From: Eledone cirrhosa
Taxonomy: Eukaryota
Assembly: GCA_964016885.1 (NCBI GenBank)
Contig: OZ024742.1
Location: forward strand, 339,636,001-339,700,000
Direction: 5' to 3'
DNA length: 64,000 bases
Of the stretch, positions 13,351 to 26,061 are shown in pieces. Made by a program: the position numbers and the translations under genes. Position 1 is the stretch's first letter. Each line of letters opens with the position of its first letter. The notes under the pieces are model-generated. The model saw nothing but the letters and a program-made list of their open reading frames with translations. It searched no databases and was not told where the DNA came from.

Positions 13351-13940
13351 ACATGATGGCTGCCCCCTCGTTATCGAGTATGGCCGTTGCACGATATACC
13401 ATTATTAATAATTACTAACTAATTCTATCATGCAATGCCTGTGCGTGAAGATATTTTTTAAAGTGAGTAAAAACTGTGCACTGAGCCAATCCCACTCTCT
13501 GAGCGACAGTAGCTATAACCCGAAAAGAAGAAAAGATCAACATCATCAGTAACTACTGAGCCGCAGTTTCCTGAGTTGCCTTCTCCTAGAAGAATGCTTT
13601 GAAAAAGGCTAGGGGTCCTTCACCCCCAGTGGTTTAACCGCGCAATCGGATATCCAGCCCGCGTATTTCTATGGCCCCGCGCATATACATAAACATGCAC
13701 CCATGTATATATACATATATACATATACATACATATGTACATGTGTATATACATACCTACACACTTTTGGATGGCCGTTGACTCTTATATGTCGGGTCAC
13801 TCTTGAGTGCTACTGGTAACATATAACCCAGGATAATCTGTCGCATGGTCGGGTCGTAGGCAACCTCACCAAGTTTACTTGGTGAGGAAGGGGGATTTTG
13901 GACACCCTGCAGGACAAAAAACAAAACCTGACAAAGGACA
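13351..13940 (-). mobile_element. Non-autonomous RTE-derived element, family 2, with inverted 5' segment
   Basis: 13351-13788 matches the body of 51446-51924 on the minus strand; 13789-13940 matches its first about 150 bp on the plus strand. Confidence 0.75.
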
Positions 13941-13990
13941 TGCATATATACATACTTACACACTTACATACTTACATACTTACATACATG

Positions 13991-14038
<48 letters not shown>

Positions 14039-14389
14039 TATATATATGTGTGTGTATATATATAAATATATAAAGAGAGAGGGAGTGAGAAATTGATAGG
14101 TAGGGTTGAGAAATATATATATATATCCAGGGAGTGTAACGAAGAGTTACTCTAGGTTCACCCGGGTGAGCACTCGATGTTTAGGTTCACGTCTGTATCG
14201 AGGTGTAGAGCTAGACAGAGTGTAGTATATTAACATAAAACAAGGACGAGAGGTTACTCCTTCATTACTTTTATTGGTTGGTGACGCACATTTCTCCACC
14301 GATCAGCTCAAAGTTCAATCTGTATCGATCTAGCCCGAATCTGTAAACCACGAGCCGTCAGACCCTTTTAGTGGTAATGGTTTTTTCAA

Positions 14390-14737
14390 CTTTCTGAAAA
14401 TTTAGCTCTCACCCGTTTATCTTGTTTCAAGTAACAAAAAACCAATCTCTGCAAAATATTAGCTCAAGCTGACAACTGCAAGGCGACCCTCATCAACCGT
14501 GAATGTTTGAAGTTTTCGTCCAGAAAGTCATTTTTCCAGATGAATATTTGTTATCTCTTATATAATTTTCTCTTAAATTAAAAACTTGTTCAGACTTATT
14601 CTTGGTATTAGAAAGATAAGTGACAATAAATATAATGGGGAAGGTAACTTGCAAATATGGGGGCAGACCTATTTTTCGGTGTGGGAGCAGCAACATTTTA
14701 ACTTTCGGAAAATTCCCTATTGCTAAGGGCCACCCTA
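14390..14737. mobile_element. hATm-like transposon terminal remnant
   Basis: Ends in GCTAAGGGCCACCCTAATATA, identical to the end at about 17639-17659; shares sub-terminal sequence with 17525-17570 in inverted orientation. Confidence 0.55.
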
Positions 14738-14811
14738 ATATACATATATCCGGCAGCTGAGAGAAACGAGTACTCGGTATTGAGTACTGATTTTCCGATA
14801 CTCGATTATTC

Positions 14812-14899
<88 letters not shown>

Positions 14900-14998
14900 A
14901 CATGTATATATACATATCATATATATATAATCAAGGTTTAGCAAATAAGAAAAAGTTTCAAAATAAATTTCAAAAAATTCACTGTACTTACTATGATT

Positions 14999-15085
14999 AC
15001 CTTTACCGAATCGGTTTCGAGTCTCAAAATTATATGGAAAGTCCTTGCGGGCTACCATTGACAAGATAAACTCTCGTCAGAAGGT
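14999..15085 (-). ncRNA. Type I hammerhead ribozyme with canonical core
   Basis: ACCTT-CTGACGA-GAGT..ACTC-GAAA-CCG-ATT-CGG-TA-AAGGT. Confidence 0.7.
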
Positions 15086-15390
15086 TAGATTCTTTTCACT
15101 CGGAGAATATACATTCCCGAGTTCAAATTACGAACTGGCGCTATTCAAAATTGTTCCCGAGATGAGAATGAATGGTGTGGAAGCAATTCTGCCCAGTGCC
15201 GTGTGTAGAGATAGAAGCAGAGGCAGGGAGGTCAGTCTACTACCACTATAAATAGCAGCAGTCAAAATGATCAGATTTCATCTCAACCAGAGGGAGTTTA
15301 ATAATAATAATAAAGTATATATCCCTACACGCAAAAAACGAATAGGAACACATGTATTATCCAGGCATGTATATATGTATATATATATAT

Positions 15391-15421
<31 letters not shown>

Positions 15422-15456
15422 CATGTATATATACATATCATATATATATATATGTA

Positions 15457-15556
<100 letters not shown>

Positions 15557-16019
15557 AAAGTAAGTACATAGAGTCATTTGATAAAATATATACAGTATTT
15601 CTTCTCCCAATCAGTATAATCAATCACATAAAAAATCATTTAAGCGAGGCTATAAGTTTAAAATGTACTTATGAAGAAACAATAGATAAATAAATGATAG
15701 CTTTTTATCCGCGATCAACAGCCACAGAAGATTTACCTAGTATTTCTGATAGCCTGTAGAAATTGACTAGATATATAGTTAACCATACAAAATTAGGTAC
15801 AAAATCAAAGTTAGAAGAAAGAATGTACATAAACATACCAAAATCATATCTCTACCCCGGGGGTTTCATTCCATTTTTGGAAATATCCGATCATGGATAA
15901 ATCAACGAGTTTCGAAATCATCAGGAGACAAACTCAATTGGACAAAGATTTTTCTTAAATGATCCCCGCCAGAATCGAATTCAAAATGGCTAAGAATCGT
16001 CACATGGCCAGTGGTCAAG

Positions 16020-16068
<49 letters not shown>

Positions 16069-16115
16069 ATGTTTATATACATATATACATATATATATAA
16101 TATGTATATATATAC

Positions 16116-16495
16116 TCTCCTTACTATCCTTGCTTTCATATTTCTCCTTGCTCCCCTTTTCTCATTGTTTTTGTATATAAACAAGGAGAAAGGGGGAGGA
16201 AGGAGAAAAGGATAGCAAGGAGAAAAGGAGAGCAATGAGGGCAATGAGAAGAAGGAGAAAAGGAGATCAAGGAGAGCAAGAGGAAAAGGGGAGAGCTAGG
16301 AGAACAAGGAGAGCAAGGACAAAAAGAGAGCAAGGAGAGCAATGATAAAGGAGAGCAAGGAGAGCAATGAGGAAAGGAGAGCAAGGAGAGCAATGAAAAA
16401 AGGAGAGCAACGAGAAAAGGAGAGCACGGAGAGCAAGGAGAAAAAGAGAGAAAGGAGATCAAGGAGAAAAGGAGAGCAAGGAGAGCAAGGAGAGG
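16116..16495. repeat. 9-bp GGAGAGCAA-type repeat with a short inverted block at its left end
   Basis: Directly visible. Confidence 0.85.
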
Positions 16496-16836
16496 TTAAG
16501 GTAAATATTGCTCAAGTTATGCTGGAAGCAGACAAAGGTGAAGAAAAGGAAAAAGAAAAAGAAGAAAAGTCTTTTGTAACTCCAGGTACAAAAACTTTCT
16601 TCACGAGATTTTCTATCAGCACCAATTTCCTCGACAAAGACCCTTCAACATGGAAGGATGATCCTGATTACAAAAGTGGACTTGAAAAACTGGAGAAGAC
16701 AGTTGTTGTGAATGATGTTACAGGATTACAATAACATTCTTACAAAAGATGAAACTGAGAAACAAATTGTTTTACAGATCGTTACCAAAAACCGTAAAAC
16801 ATACCCAACTGCTACTAAATCATCTCTTATGCAAAA

Positions 16837-17187
16837 ATAATTGTTTCTACTTTTGGCACAAGGCCAGCAATTATCCCAATGAATTACTGGTACTTTATTC
16901 TATCGACCCCGGAAGGATGAAAGGCAAAGTTAACCACGGCGGAATTTGAACTCAGATCATACAGGGATATATGATCTTATGAACTCAGATTTTATGCAAA
17001 AATAATTGTTTCTACTTTTGGCACAAGGCCATCAATTATTCCAGTGCATTACTGGTACTTTATTTTATCGACCTCGTAAGGATGAAAGGCAAAGTCAACC
17101 TCGGCGGGATTTGAACTCAGATCGTAAAGGGACGTAACTATGCTGGAAAGCATGGTGTCTGACCCTCTACCGATACTGCCAATCCAC
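16837..17187 (-). mobile_element. Two tandem tRNA-derived SINE copies inserted in the hATm remnant
   Basis: Family match to 1-710; GCAAAAATAAT repeated at 16831, about 16996 and 17188 (target duplication). Confidence 0.85.
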
Positions 17188-17752
17188 GCAAAAATAATGT
17201 TCAATATTCAGTGTTCAGTGTTCACATTATGTTTTTGATTCTATAGAAATTATTGTTGTAAATAAAAATGCGTTTCTCTTATAGAAGTTGTGTGCTTTAT
17301 TAATAAAAGCTAATATTTCTTAGGTTTTTCATGTTATTTCGGGAATTTTTCAAATTAACTATTGGTAAATTTGAGTCAGAACGTTTTTAAACATTTTCTG
17401 GGGTTGCCTGGATGTGCCCACATGAATTTCTCTAAGAAGAAAAAAGAAAATGGTTGAAATAGTGAACAGTGTACCGCTTTTGAACAGAATTAATCGTTAC
17501 CTATACTATGTTACAACTTCTAGGCATGTGAGGGTCGCTTAACAGTTGTCCAATTGAGCTGAAATTTTGCACACCTTGTGTTTTCGTTGATTGAAACAGG
17601 ATTAGGGGGTGGGAGCAGCAACTTTCCTATTATGTATTGCTAAGGGCCACCCTAATATATATATGCATATATGTATTATATTATGTGGTGATACTAACTG
17701 GAAAATACATTTCTTTCAATGGAGGGAAAATGGGTTAGCCGTTATTTTTCGT

Positions 17753-18010
17753 GGAGACGTATGGCCTAGTAGTAAGGGTTTTGGAATTATGATCACATGT
17801 CGTGGGTTCATTTCCTGGACTGGGTTGTGTGTTGTGTTCTGAAAAAAAAAAACACTTCATTGCATGTTGCTCTATACTGGGGGTTTAACCATGCAATGGA
17901 CTGGCGTCCTGTCCAGGGTGGAGTAGTGTACTCTCAGTCGCTTAACGCCAAGGAAACCGGGATAATCACTGGCCTGATGAGTCTTCTGACTCAAGACAGA
18001 TTTTAGACTT
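17753..18010 (+). mobile_element. tRNA-headed SINE with CORE-like and V-like domains
   Basis: TGGCCTAGTAG A box, GGTTCATTTCC B box, ATGGACTGGCGTCCTGTCCAGGGTG. Confidence 0.7.
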
Positions 18011-18015
18011 CTAGT

Positions 18016-18581
18016 TTGTCCTCTCGGGTCTCGATGAATCACCTCCACCCACTTATTACATTTTGAGACTTTATAAAAACGCCCCACACGTGTTCCACCC
18101 CCGCTTATTACATTTTGTTAACCGATCTCCAGCAAAATTTAATTTTCTTTAGATATTAAATAACATTATATATGACATAAAAGGGCGGTGGTTTGGCAGT
18201 ATCGGTAGAGAGTCTGACGCCATGCTTTGCAGGATAGTTATGGCCCTTTGTGTCTCTAAGTTCAAATCCGCCGAGGTTAACTTTGCCTTTCATCCTTACG
18301 GGGTCGATAAAATAAAGTATCAGTAATGTACTGGGTAATTGCTGGCCTTGTGCCAAAAGTAGAAACAATTATATGACATAAAAGTACATTTCTAGAAATC
18401 CCATACATTATAAAATAAATAGGATGGTTTGGGGTCGCAATATTTAAACTAAACGACAAATTCTCTTTTTTTTTTTAAATCAACGGAAACAACCTAGAAA
18501 AATTAGCGATTTTCAACACCCCCACATATTCCCCTTCCCCGCTTATTCCACACCCCGTCTTTTTATTTGGGACCCAAGAGT
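18016..18581. mobile_element. Probable MITE with CCCCGCTTATT sub-terminal repeats
   Basis: Imperfect terminal inverted repeats CTCTCGGGTCTC / GGGACCCAAGAG; interrupted by a SINE. Confidence 0.4.
18184..18369 (+). mobile_element. Full-length tRNA-derived SINE with 15-bp TSD
   Basis: A box TGGCAGTATCGG, B box AAGTTCAAATCC; TATATGACATAAAAG at 18169-18183 and 18370-18384. Confidence 0.9.
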
Positions 18582-18677
18582 TCATAAAGACCTGGGACCA
18601 GCGAGTGAACTGGCTTTAAGAGACCAGAACCCGAATAGTTGATATAGTGTTGGTTTATAGTCATAAATATTATTGAA

Positions 18678-20221
18678 ATGATGATGGTGGTGATGGTGGT
18701 GATGGTGGTGATGGTGATGGTGGTGCTGGTGATGGCGATGGTGGCGGTGGTGGTGATGGTGATGGTGGTGATGATGGTGATGGTGGTGATGGTGGTGATG
18801 GTGGTGATGGTGATGATGGTATTGATGATGATGATGGTGATGATGATGTTGATGGTGATGATGAGGATGATTATGATGGTGGTGGTGAGGATGATTATGA
18901 TGATGTTGATGGTGGTATTGATGATGATGGTGGTGGTGATGGTGATAATAACGACGTTGCTGTTGCCGTCGCGGCTGCTCTTGCTGCTAATGCTGGCAAC
19001 ACTGCTGCTGCTGTTGATGGTGATGTTGATGGTGATCGTGATCGTGATGTTGATGGTGATGGTGATGGTGATTGTGATGTTGATGGTGATGGTGATCGTA
19101 ATGTTGATGGTGATGGTGATGGTGATGGTGATCGTGATGTTGATGGTGATGGTGATGGTGATGTTGATGGTGATGGTGATGGTGATGGTGATGGTGATGG
19201 TGATGGTGATGGTGATGTTGATGGTGATGGTGATGGTGATGTTGATGGTGATGGTGATGGTGATGGTGATGTTGATGTTGATGGTGATGGTGATGGTGAT
19301 GGTGATGTTGATGGTGATGGTGATGGTGATGTTGATGGTGATGGTGATCGTGATGTTGATGGCGATGGTGATGGTGATGTTGATGGTGATGGTGATGGTG
19401 ATGGTGATCGTGATGTTGATGGTGATGGTGATGGTGATGTTGATGGTGATGGTGATGGTGATGGTGATGGTGATGGTGATGTTGATGTTGATGGTGATGG
19501 TGATGGTGATGTTGATGTTGATGGTGATGTTGATGTTGATGGTGATGGTGATGGTGATGTTGATGTTGATGGTGATGGTGATGGTGATGTTGATGGTGAT
19601 GTTGATGGTGATGGTGATGGTGATCGTGATGTTGATGGTGATGGTGATGGTGATGGTGAGGGTGATGGTGATGTTGATGTTGATGGTGATGATGGTGGTG
19701 ATGGTGTTGTTGATGGTGATGGTGATGGTGATGGTGATGTTGATGGTGATGGTGATGGTGATGTTGATGTTGATGGTGATGGTGATGGTGATGTTGATGG
19801 TGATGGTGATGGTGATGTTGATGGTGATGGTGATGTTGATGTTGATGGTGATGGTGATGGTGATCGTGATGTTGATGGTGATGTTGATGTTGATGGTGAT
19901 GATGATGTTGATGTTGATGGTGATGATGGTGGTGATGGTGTTGTTGATGGTGATGATGGTGATGGTGATCGTGATGGTGATGGTGATGGTGATGGTGATG
20001 GTGATGTAGATGGTGATGGTGATCGTGATGTTGATGGTGATGGTGATGTTGATGGTGGTGGTGATGGTGATGGTGATGTTGATGGTGATGGTGATGGTGA
20101 TGGTGATGGTGATGGTGATGTTGATGATGATGGTGATGGTGATGGTGATGGTGATGTTGATGGTGATGGTGACGGTGATGGTGATGTTGATGGTGATGGT
20201 GATGGTGATGGTGATGGTGAT
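18678..20221. repeat. About 1.5-kb GAT/GGT/GTT triplet-based repeat (GATGGT)n
   Basis: Directly visible. Confidence 0.95.
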
Positions 20222-20597
20222 CTACATGTAAGTGGTGGTGAATAACCTGCCCGACTCTGTCACTTGGGACCAACGACAGTCTTCTTCATTTACTAAAGTA
20301 TTGTTACTATGACCAATTAGCGTAATGAAGTGGATGACATACTGATAAACGGACAGACAGACAAATTTCTGTTTATTTGCCACGAGGGCACAAAAGAAAA
20401 GGACACATACATGGGGGGGGGGGGAGTTTACATAGAAATCGAGTAAAAAAATGTAATAACAAATAAAATTATAACAAAATGGTCCTGAATAAGGAGGGAT
20501 CGTTTTGGGGTCACACACACCCCCGAAAAAAATGTGCGACCCTTCACAACGGGAGCACAAAGAGAGGGTGCTCCCTTCTTCCTTCATCCTTTTCCAC

Positions 20598-23500
20598 CTA
20601 CAAGCTGAGGTAGAGAGAAAGCCCATTCACACGGGCCATTCTCGAAACTTTCATCCACCTTTCATAAAACTGGCTGGGGTGGAGCACCTATCTCTCCATC
20701 CTAATCCTTCTTCCGAAATGGTATCGGAAGAAAAGGACTAGTTGTTGGCCGGAAAGAAAGGTGTCCGACCTCAGCCCTTTTAGACGCGTTCACCATACAA
20801 CCTCTTTTACCATGGCTATTACACAGAGAAAGACCGCCTCTCCTTCATTTTTGAAGGGGGGAGGCGGCTTGATCGTTACAATGGAATCGGTGGTCAACCT
20901 AATTGGTCCCACCCGTGACAGCAGTTGTTCGACATAGCCCCACAGATCGGCAACGCCCGGGCAGTGTACCAATGCGTTCCCGACGGTTTCTCCGAGGGCG
21001 TCGTCGCACCTGCTAACCACCAGCCCTCTATAGAATGACGAAGTGGAGTCTCCACCGATAGCCGGGTCCGTGAGCGCCTGGGCAAACTCGGTGTGCCAGT
21101 CGCCCAGTTTTCTCGGTCTTTGCTTCACCCAGGACGAGACGAGCCTCGGGAAGGCTCGCCTCACAAACGGGGCCCACACCGGTTGACCGGTGAGGAATAC
21201 CTGGAGGTGCCGTAGCCTCAATGCGTGTTTACGCATTTTTATCCACGGCATCCCCAGACCTCCTTTCAAAGGGTGTTGACAGCAGATGGATCTCCTCACC
21301 AGAGGAGACCTCTTCTTCCAAAGGAATTGAAAGAGGGCGCGCTCCATTTTGGCGAGGATCTCATCCGGCCAAGGCACGACAGTCAAGCGGTAATAGATGA
21401 CGGACGCTATGTAAGCGTTCGCCACTTCCGCCCGACCTTTCAAGGATAGTTTGCACTCGGCCCATTTCTGGGTCAGTGCAAACACCCTATCGTAACCTCA
21501 CCACAGTTTTTCTCCACCTGGAGGTCCGGTCCGAACCAGACCCCAAACAACTTCACCGGGCCCTCCGTCCACCGTCCGGGGATACTGTCGGACGACATCA
21601 GTTTGCTCCTCCAATCGCCGAGTTGCAAAGCGACTGAATTGTCTCGGTTCAGCTTAGCCCCTGTCAACCTTTCGTACTCCTCCAATAAGGTGCTGATTGC
21701 CCCGATTTCCGCGGTGGTCGACACAATTACTGTTACGTCATCGGCGTAGGCCGACACCGCTTTGCGGAATCCCGGTTCCAAAGGGATGCCCTGCAACAAC
21801 TCCAACTTCCGCAGTAGTGGCTCGATAGCCAATACATACAGAAGGGAGGAGAGAGGGCACCCCTGTCGGATGGAGCGGGTGATTTCGAACGGCTCCGAGA
21901 GGTACCGTTCACCTTGACTCTAGAGCAGATGCGGCTGTTATGCATGGCAGTGATCCAGCCCCTGAAAATGGGTCCGAAACCAGGCGCCGCTAGTACCGCA
22001 TCCAGGTAACCATGGTCCTCCCTATCGAAAGCTTTAGACTGATCTAAATTTATCAGGGCCCCACCAAAGCCGGGTTCGTTCCCAACCCTCGCTATGATGT
22101 ATCGCATGAGGTGGAGGTTGTCGTGGATGGACCTGGACGGGATAGCGCATGTCTGCGCATCTCCCACCAGGCCCCCCACGACAAGCGCCAACCTCTTCGC
22201 TAACACCTTGGCCAACATCTTTAACTATGGATTTAGCAGAGTTATGGGCCTAAAATTACTAATATCATGCCCCTTGTTCTCGTCCTTCCTCACTAGCGAG
22301 ACTACGCCTTGGTCACAGAACAGGAAATTCTCCCGTTCTGTTGCCAGTTGCAGTAGACCGCCTCGAGGAGATCGGGGAACAAGTCCGGCATATTAATATA
22401 TAGTTCGTAGGGCAGACCATCGAGGCATAGGCTCAGCACGTCCCCTATTTCAACAACTGAGATCGGCCCGTCGCAGGACCTCACCTCCTCGTCTGAAAGA
22501 CGCGGCAGGCCGTCGAGGTATGGACCGAAATTCACATCCCCGACCGGCCCCCCGCCCCTCCCGAACAATCGGGCGAAGTGCCTTTGAAACGCCTCGCACA
22601 TTTGCTTAGGTTCAAGGATCACCCGTCCATCCTGGTCTCGCAAAGACCGGATAGTGGATCTAATCCCACTTTTGGCTTCTGTCAAGCGGGCCCAGCTAAC
22701 AGCTTTGGTCCCCTCGTTTCCCAGAGCACGTATTTTGCTTCGGACAACGCAGCCTTCGTGTTTCGCATCGAAGAACTGGCTCAAAGCCGTTCTCGACGCT
22801 TGCACTCTGGCCACGTTGCCCCTTCTCATTGCCTCTTCAACATTAACTACCAACTCCCTTTCCTTCCTATTTGTATCTGAGGCTAACTACTTACTAACTC
22901 CTATTGAAACTACTCTAATCTCTCTTTTCAGAGAGCCCCACCACCTGCTGTTGACGATGGCGCCCGTCAACCGCTCCTTATCTAAGGTTCTAATCCGGTC
23001 CCTGTAAGCTCTACTTGCCGGTAAGGACAAGTTGAGCTACCAGTAACCGGGTCCCTGCCTATGCGTTCTATCAAGGTGGACTATGCAGGTCACTAACTTG
23101 TGGTCTGAATAGCCCACCATGAGCATTTCTGGACAACTTAAAAAGTCCCTATCCTTAATTCTAACTAAGAACCTATCAAGGTACGATCTAGATTGACCGC
23201 TATGGTTTGTCCAAGTCCAGGTTGGCACAGTCGTAAAATCTAGTCGATATCTATCGGCCAGGTCAAATCGGCCGATTAACCCCTTGAGGTTGTTACACCC
23301 CCCTCTATCGGGACATGCCCCTACATAGTCCCAAAATGCATCTAGGATACCATTCCAGTCATCACTAAAAGCAAGGAGCCCTAGAAAAGTCTCCAGACGA
23401 TGGAAGAAGTCCGACCGCATTGCCTCAAAAGGGGCGTAAACTGCGACCAGCCTAAAAGCTTCGCCTTCACCACTGCCAAGGTCCAGAACCACTAGTCGAC

Positions 23501-23771
23501 CCTCCGGGTCCAAGTGTACCGTCTGTGTAGCGAGACCCAGATGTTTTTGTGGCAGAATGACAACCCCACCCCCACCTCCGGGCTGACAGAGAGATGCGTG
23601 CATCTCAAAGTCATCAAAGGTGGGGGCTAGTTGTTGCACGCTGCTGATCCGGGCCTCGCAAATAGCCATCACATTTATACATCGTGATCTGAGGTCATTT
23701 AGAAGTTTAGCTTGCTTCCAAGGTGAGCCCAGGCCACGCGCATTTAGACAATCTACTCTTAACACAGCCAT
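20598..23771 (-). pseudogene. Tx1 ORF2 (APE endonuclease-reverse transcriptase), frameshifted and deleted
   Basis: MAVLRVDCLNARGL, SYLDRFLV, YSDHK, LDQSKAFDR, SAYADDVT, GGLGMP. Confidence 0.92.
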
Positions 23772-23789
23772 GTTGGTGGTAAAGAAAGA

Positions 23790-25607
23790 GGCACTTACCT
23801 CTCTGCGTCCGGGGTCCGGGCTGTTCAGTTTCCATGGGGGTGGTGGAGGGTGGTTGGGTGGGGTGGTGGTTTGTGGTGGTGTGGGGGTATTAGTGTGTGG
23901 AGGGGTTGGGGTATTTGGAGTTGTGTGGGTGTTTGAGGAGGGGGTGGGTAACCTTTTAAGAGGACGCGGTTAAACGGTTTGTTACAGGGGGGCCCCACGT
24001 CCTCTTTATAAACGTTTTTTAAAGTTTGATAAAGGTTCATGGGGACCTTTATCATTTTGAGGTGTGGAGAGTCATCCACTGTCTTAAAATTTGGCCCTTC
24101 GGTGCAAACCGAAGGGTTGCTGTTTATTATATTGAGCAATTTTTTGTTTTGTTTGTTGATGTAAGTGTACTGTAATGTTTTGTTCTGTGACGCTGTTAGT
24201 GTTGTGTAATGGGGAGGGGTGCTTTGTGTTGTGTTGGTTTCTTCTGTGTTTGTTTGGTTTCTGTTAGTGGTATGTTTCCTTTTTTTTCTTTTTACTGGTC
24301 GGAACGGCTCTCCTTCATCTTCGCTATGCTCCGATGTAAGGAGGTTTTCGTCCGTGTTCGGGGGTAGGGGGATATTTTGTGGTAGTGTTGTGTTGGTGTG
24401 TGTATTTTTGATTGTTTTCTGTGTGGGACGGGTGCGTGTGACTGTGATTTGTTTCGTGGTCTTTTGTTTTTGTTGTTGTTGTGGTGGTGGTGCAGGAGGT
24501 GGTGTTCTTGGATTTTGTTGTCGTGGTGGTGGTGGTGGTGGAGATGGTGTTGTATTTTGTTGTTTTTGTGGTGGTGGTGTTGGTTGTTTTTATTGTTGTT
24601 GTGGTGTTTGTAGTAGTGGTTTTTTTGTTGTTAGTAGAGGGCAGGCAGTCCTCAGGTGATCTCTGCCAGCGCAGTGGTAGCATGAGGGCCTCCTGCCTTC
24701 CACCGTAATATTATTGAAAGTTCGACTATCCAGTAGTACTCGGTCGGGAATTTCGGCGATTTTCTCTGGTGTCCTCTGTATGAGAACCTCCAGACTTTTC
24801 CCCCCCGAACAGTCCACTGGTGGACTCACCTGCTGATACTAGAATGTCCTTTTCTAGGTCCGTGAATCCTGTCAGGACGGACCAGATGTCTACTTCTGGC
24901 GTTGAGCTCCACATTCTTAATCTTTGTGTTCTTCTTCCTTTATATGTGGGGAAAAAGGTGTATTGTGGTGACACTATAGGTGCCACCGAGCATTTTCGAG
25001 CCAGCATTTGGTCCTTCATTCGGACTATAATGCTGGCATAAAGCTTTCCTCTTTCAATAAAGAGTATGTCCTTTATAATGTCTTTCAGAACCAGCTCAAT
25101 TTGACTTTCTGTCAATTGAGCTGGTTTTCTTGTTGCGTTGGATATAATCCTGAAAGTTATAGTATTCCTATATGCCTGTTGACGAACTTCTTCTGAGGAA
25201 TTGATCGTAAAAGAACCATCCTCCCCAAAAGATACGTTTTTTCTGGCATTTAGTAAGTTTTGCTTAGCGTTAGTAATGTCTATGGGTTTGTATTCGATCG
25301 TTTTTTTTACCGTTTGGGCAAAAGAAATTTTGCTGTCTTTGTTGTTTTCGTTTCGTTCATTGTTGTTTGTTGTTGCAATGTTGTTGGTTTTATTAAGTCC
25401 ATTTGTTGTGGTATTTTTTTCCCCGTTATCTTTTTCAAAATTTGGGTTTTCACTCAAATTAACAGACTTTTTCACAGTATTTTTTCCATTCGAGAGGAGG
25501 GGTAGTTCAACAGTTTGAATTGTTGTTCCCTCTTTCCCGCTTTTTTTGGTGGGCGTGGCGTTAGCTTGCAATATGGCTTCCTCGTTTTTAACGATATCAA
25601 TAAACAT
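23790..25607 (-). pseudogene. Tx1 ORF1 (gag-like, zinc knuckle, Pro/Thr linker)
   Basis: Homologous to ORF1 of the array units (RKPAQ..IELVLKD, Y.GRRTQR, VEGRRP.CY.C). Confidence 0.85.
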
Positions 25608-25811
25608 TTTAAATTAAAGATTTTCACCCCAAAAGGGCGAACATATATTTACCCTACGTCTACAGTTCCAGACGAGGGGTTAGAGTCAACAATAATAACA
25701 AAATTCAAATAACGCACTCACAAATGACAAAGTAGTGATCGAAGAGCCGATATGAAAGACGTCCACTATCACACAGACAGAGAGACGGACAGAGAGGTAG
25801 ACAGATAGATA

Positions 25812-26044
25812 TGTTTATTTGCCACAGGAGCGTAAAAAAGTGGGACATTACAAGACGTGATGGCGGCGCTTTTACATAAATATCATATAACTTTAACATT
25901 AATAAATAACAACAAACCATATATAATAAAATAACAATTGAAATCCCCAGTATGGGGCAACGTCGGTAGAACAACCCTGAACACCAGGAACAGGTTTTGT
26001 AGGTGTTCCCGTCTTCCCTCTGTTTATCTTCCTTAACCTAAAGT
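25812..26044 (-). mobile_element. Severely 5'-truncated Tx1 copy (3' UTR only, distinct subfamily)
   Basis: Shares the terminal GTGGCAAATAAA and TGTCCCACTTTT motifs; flanked by GAYA repeats. Confidence 0.65.
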
Positions 26045-26061
26045 CAGACAGACAGATAGAT

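Larger units (their letters stand above)
20364..25770 (-). mobile_element. Near full-length, decayed L1-Tx1-type LINE (older subfamily)
   Basis: ORF1 with CCHC knuckle CYHCAGRDHLRTAC; ORF2 with APE, RT (YADD) and C-terminal region; AATAAA just before the 3' end; GACA repeats on both sides. Confidence 0.92.

Noticed and set aside
14135-14370. Possible solo LTR beginning TGTAAC
   Set aside because: No matching ..TACA end or target duplication found.
16342-16734. 130-aa ORF as a single gene
   Set aside because: Chimera of the GGAGAGCAA repeat and a hATm transposase fragment.
18678-20273. Poly-His/Gln and poly-Met/Val long ORFs as genes
   Set aside because: Both are by-products of the GATGGT repeat; no unique domain or splice context.
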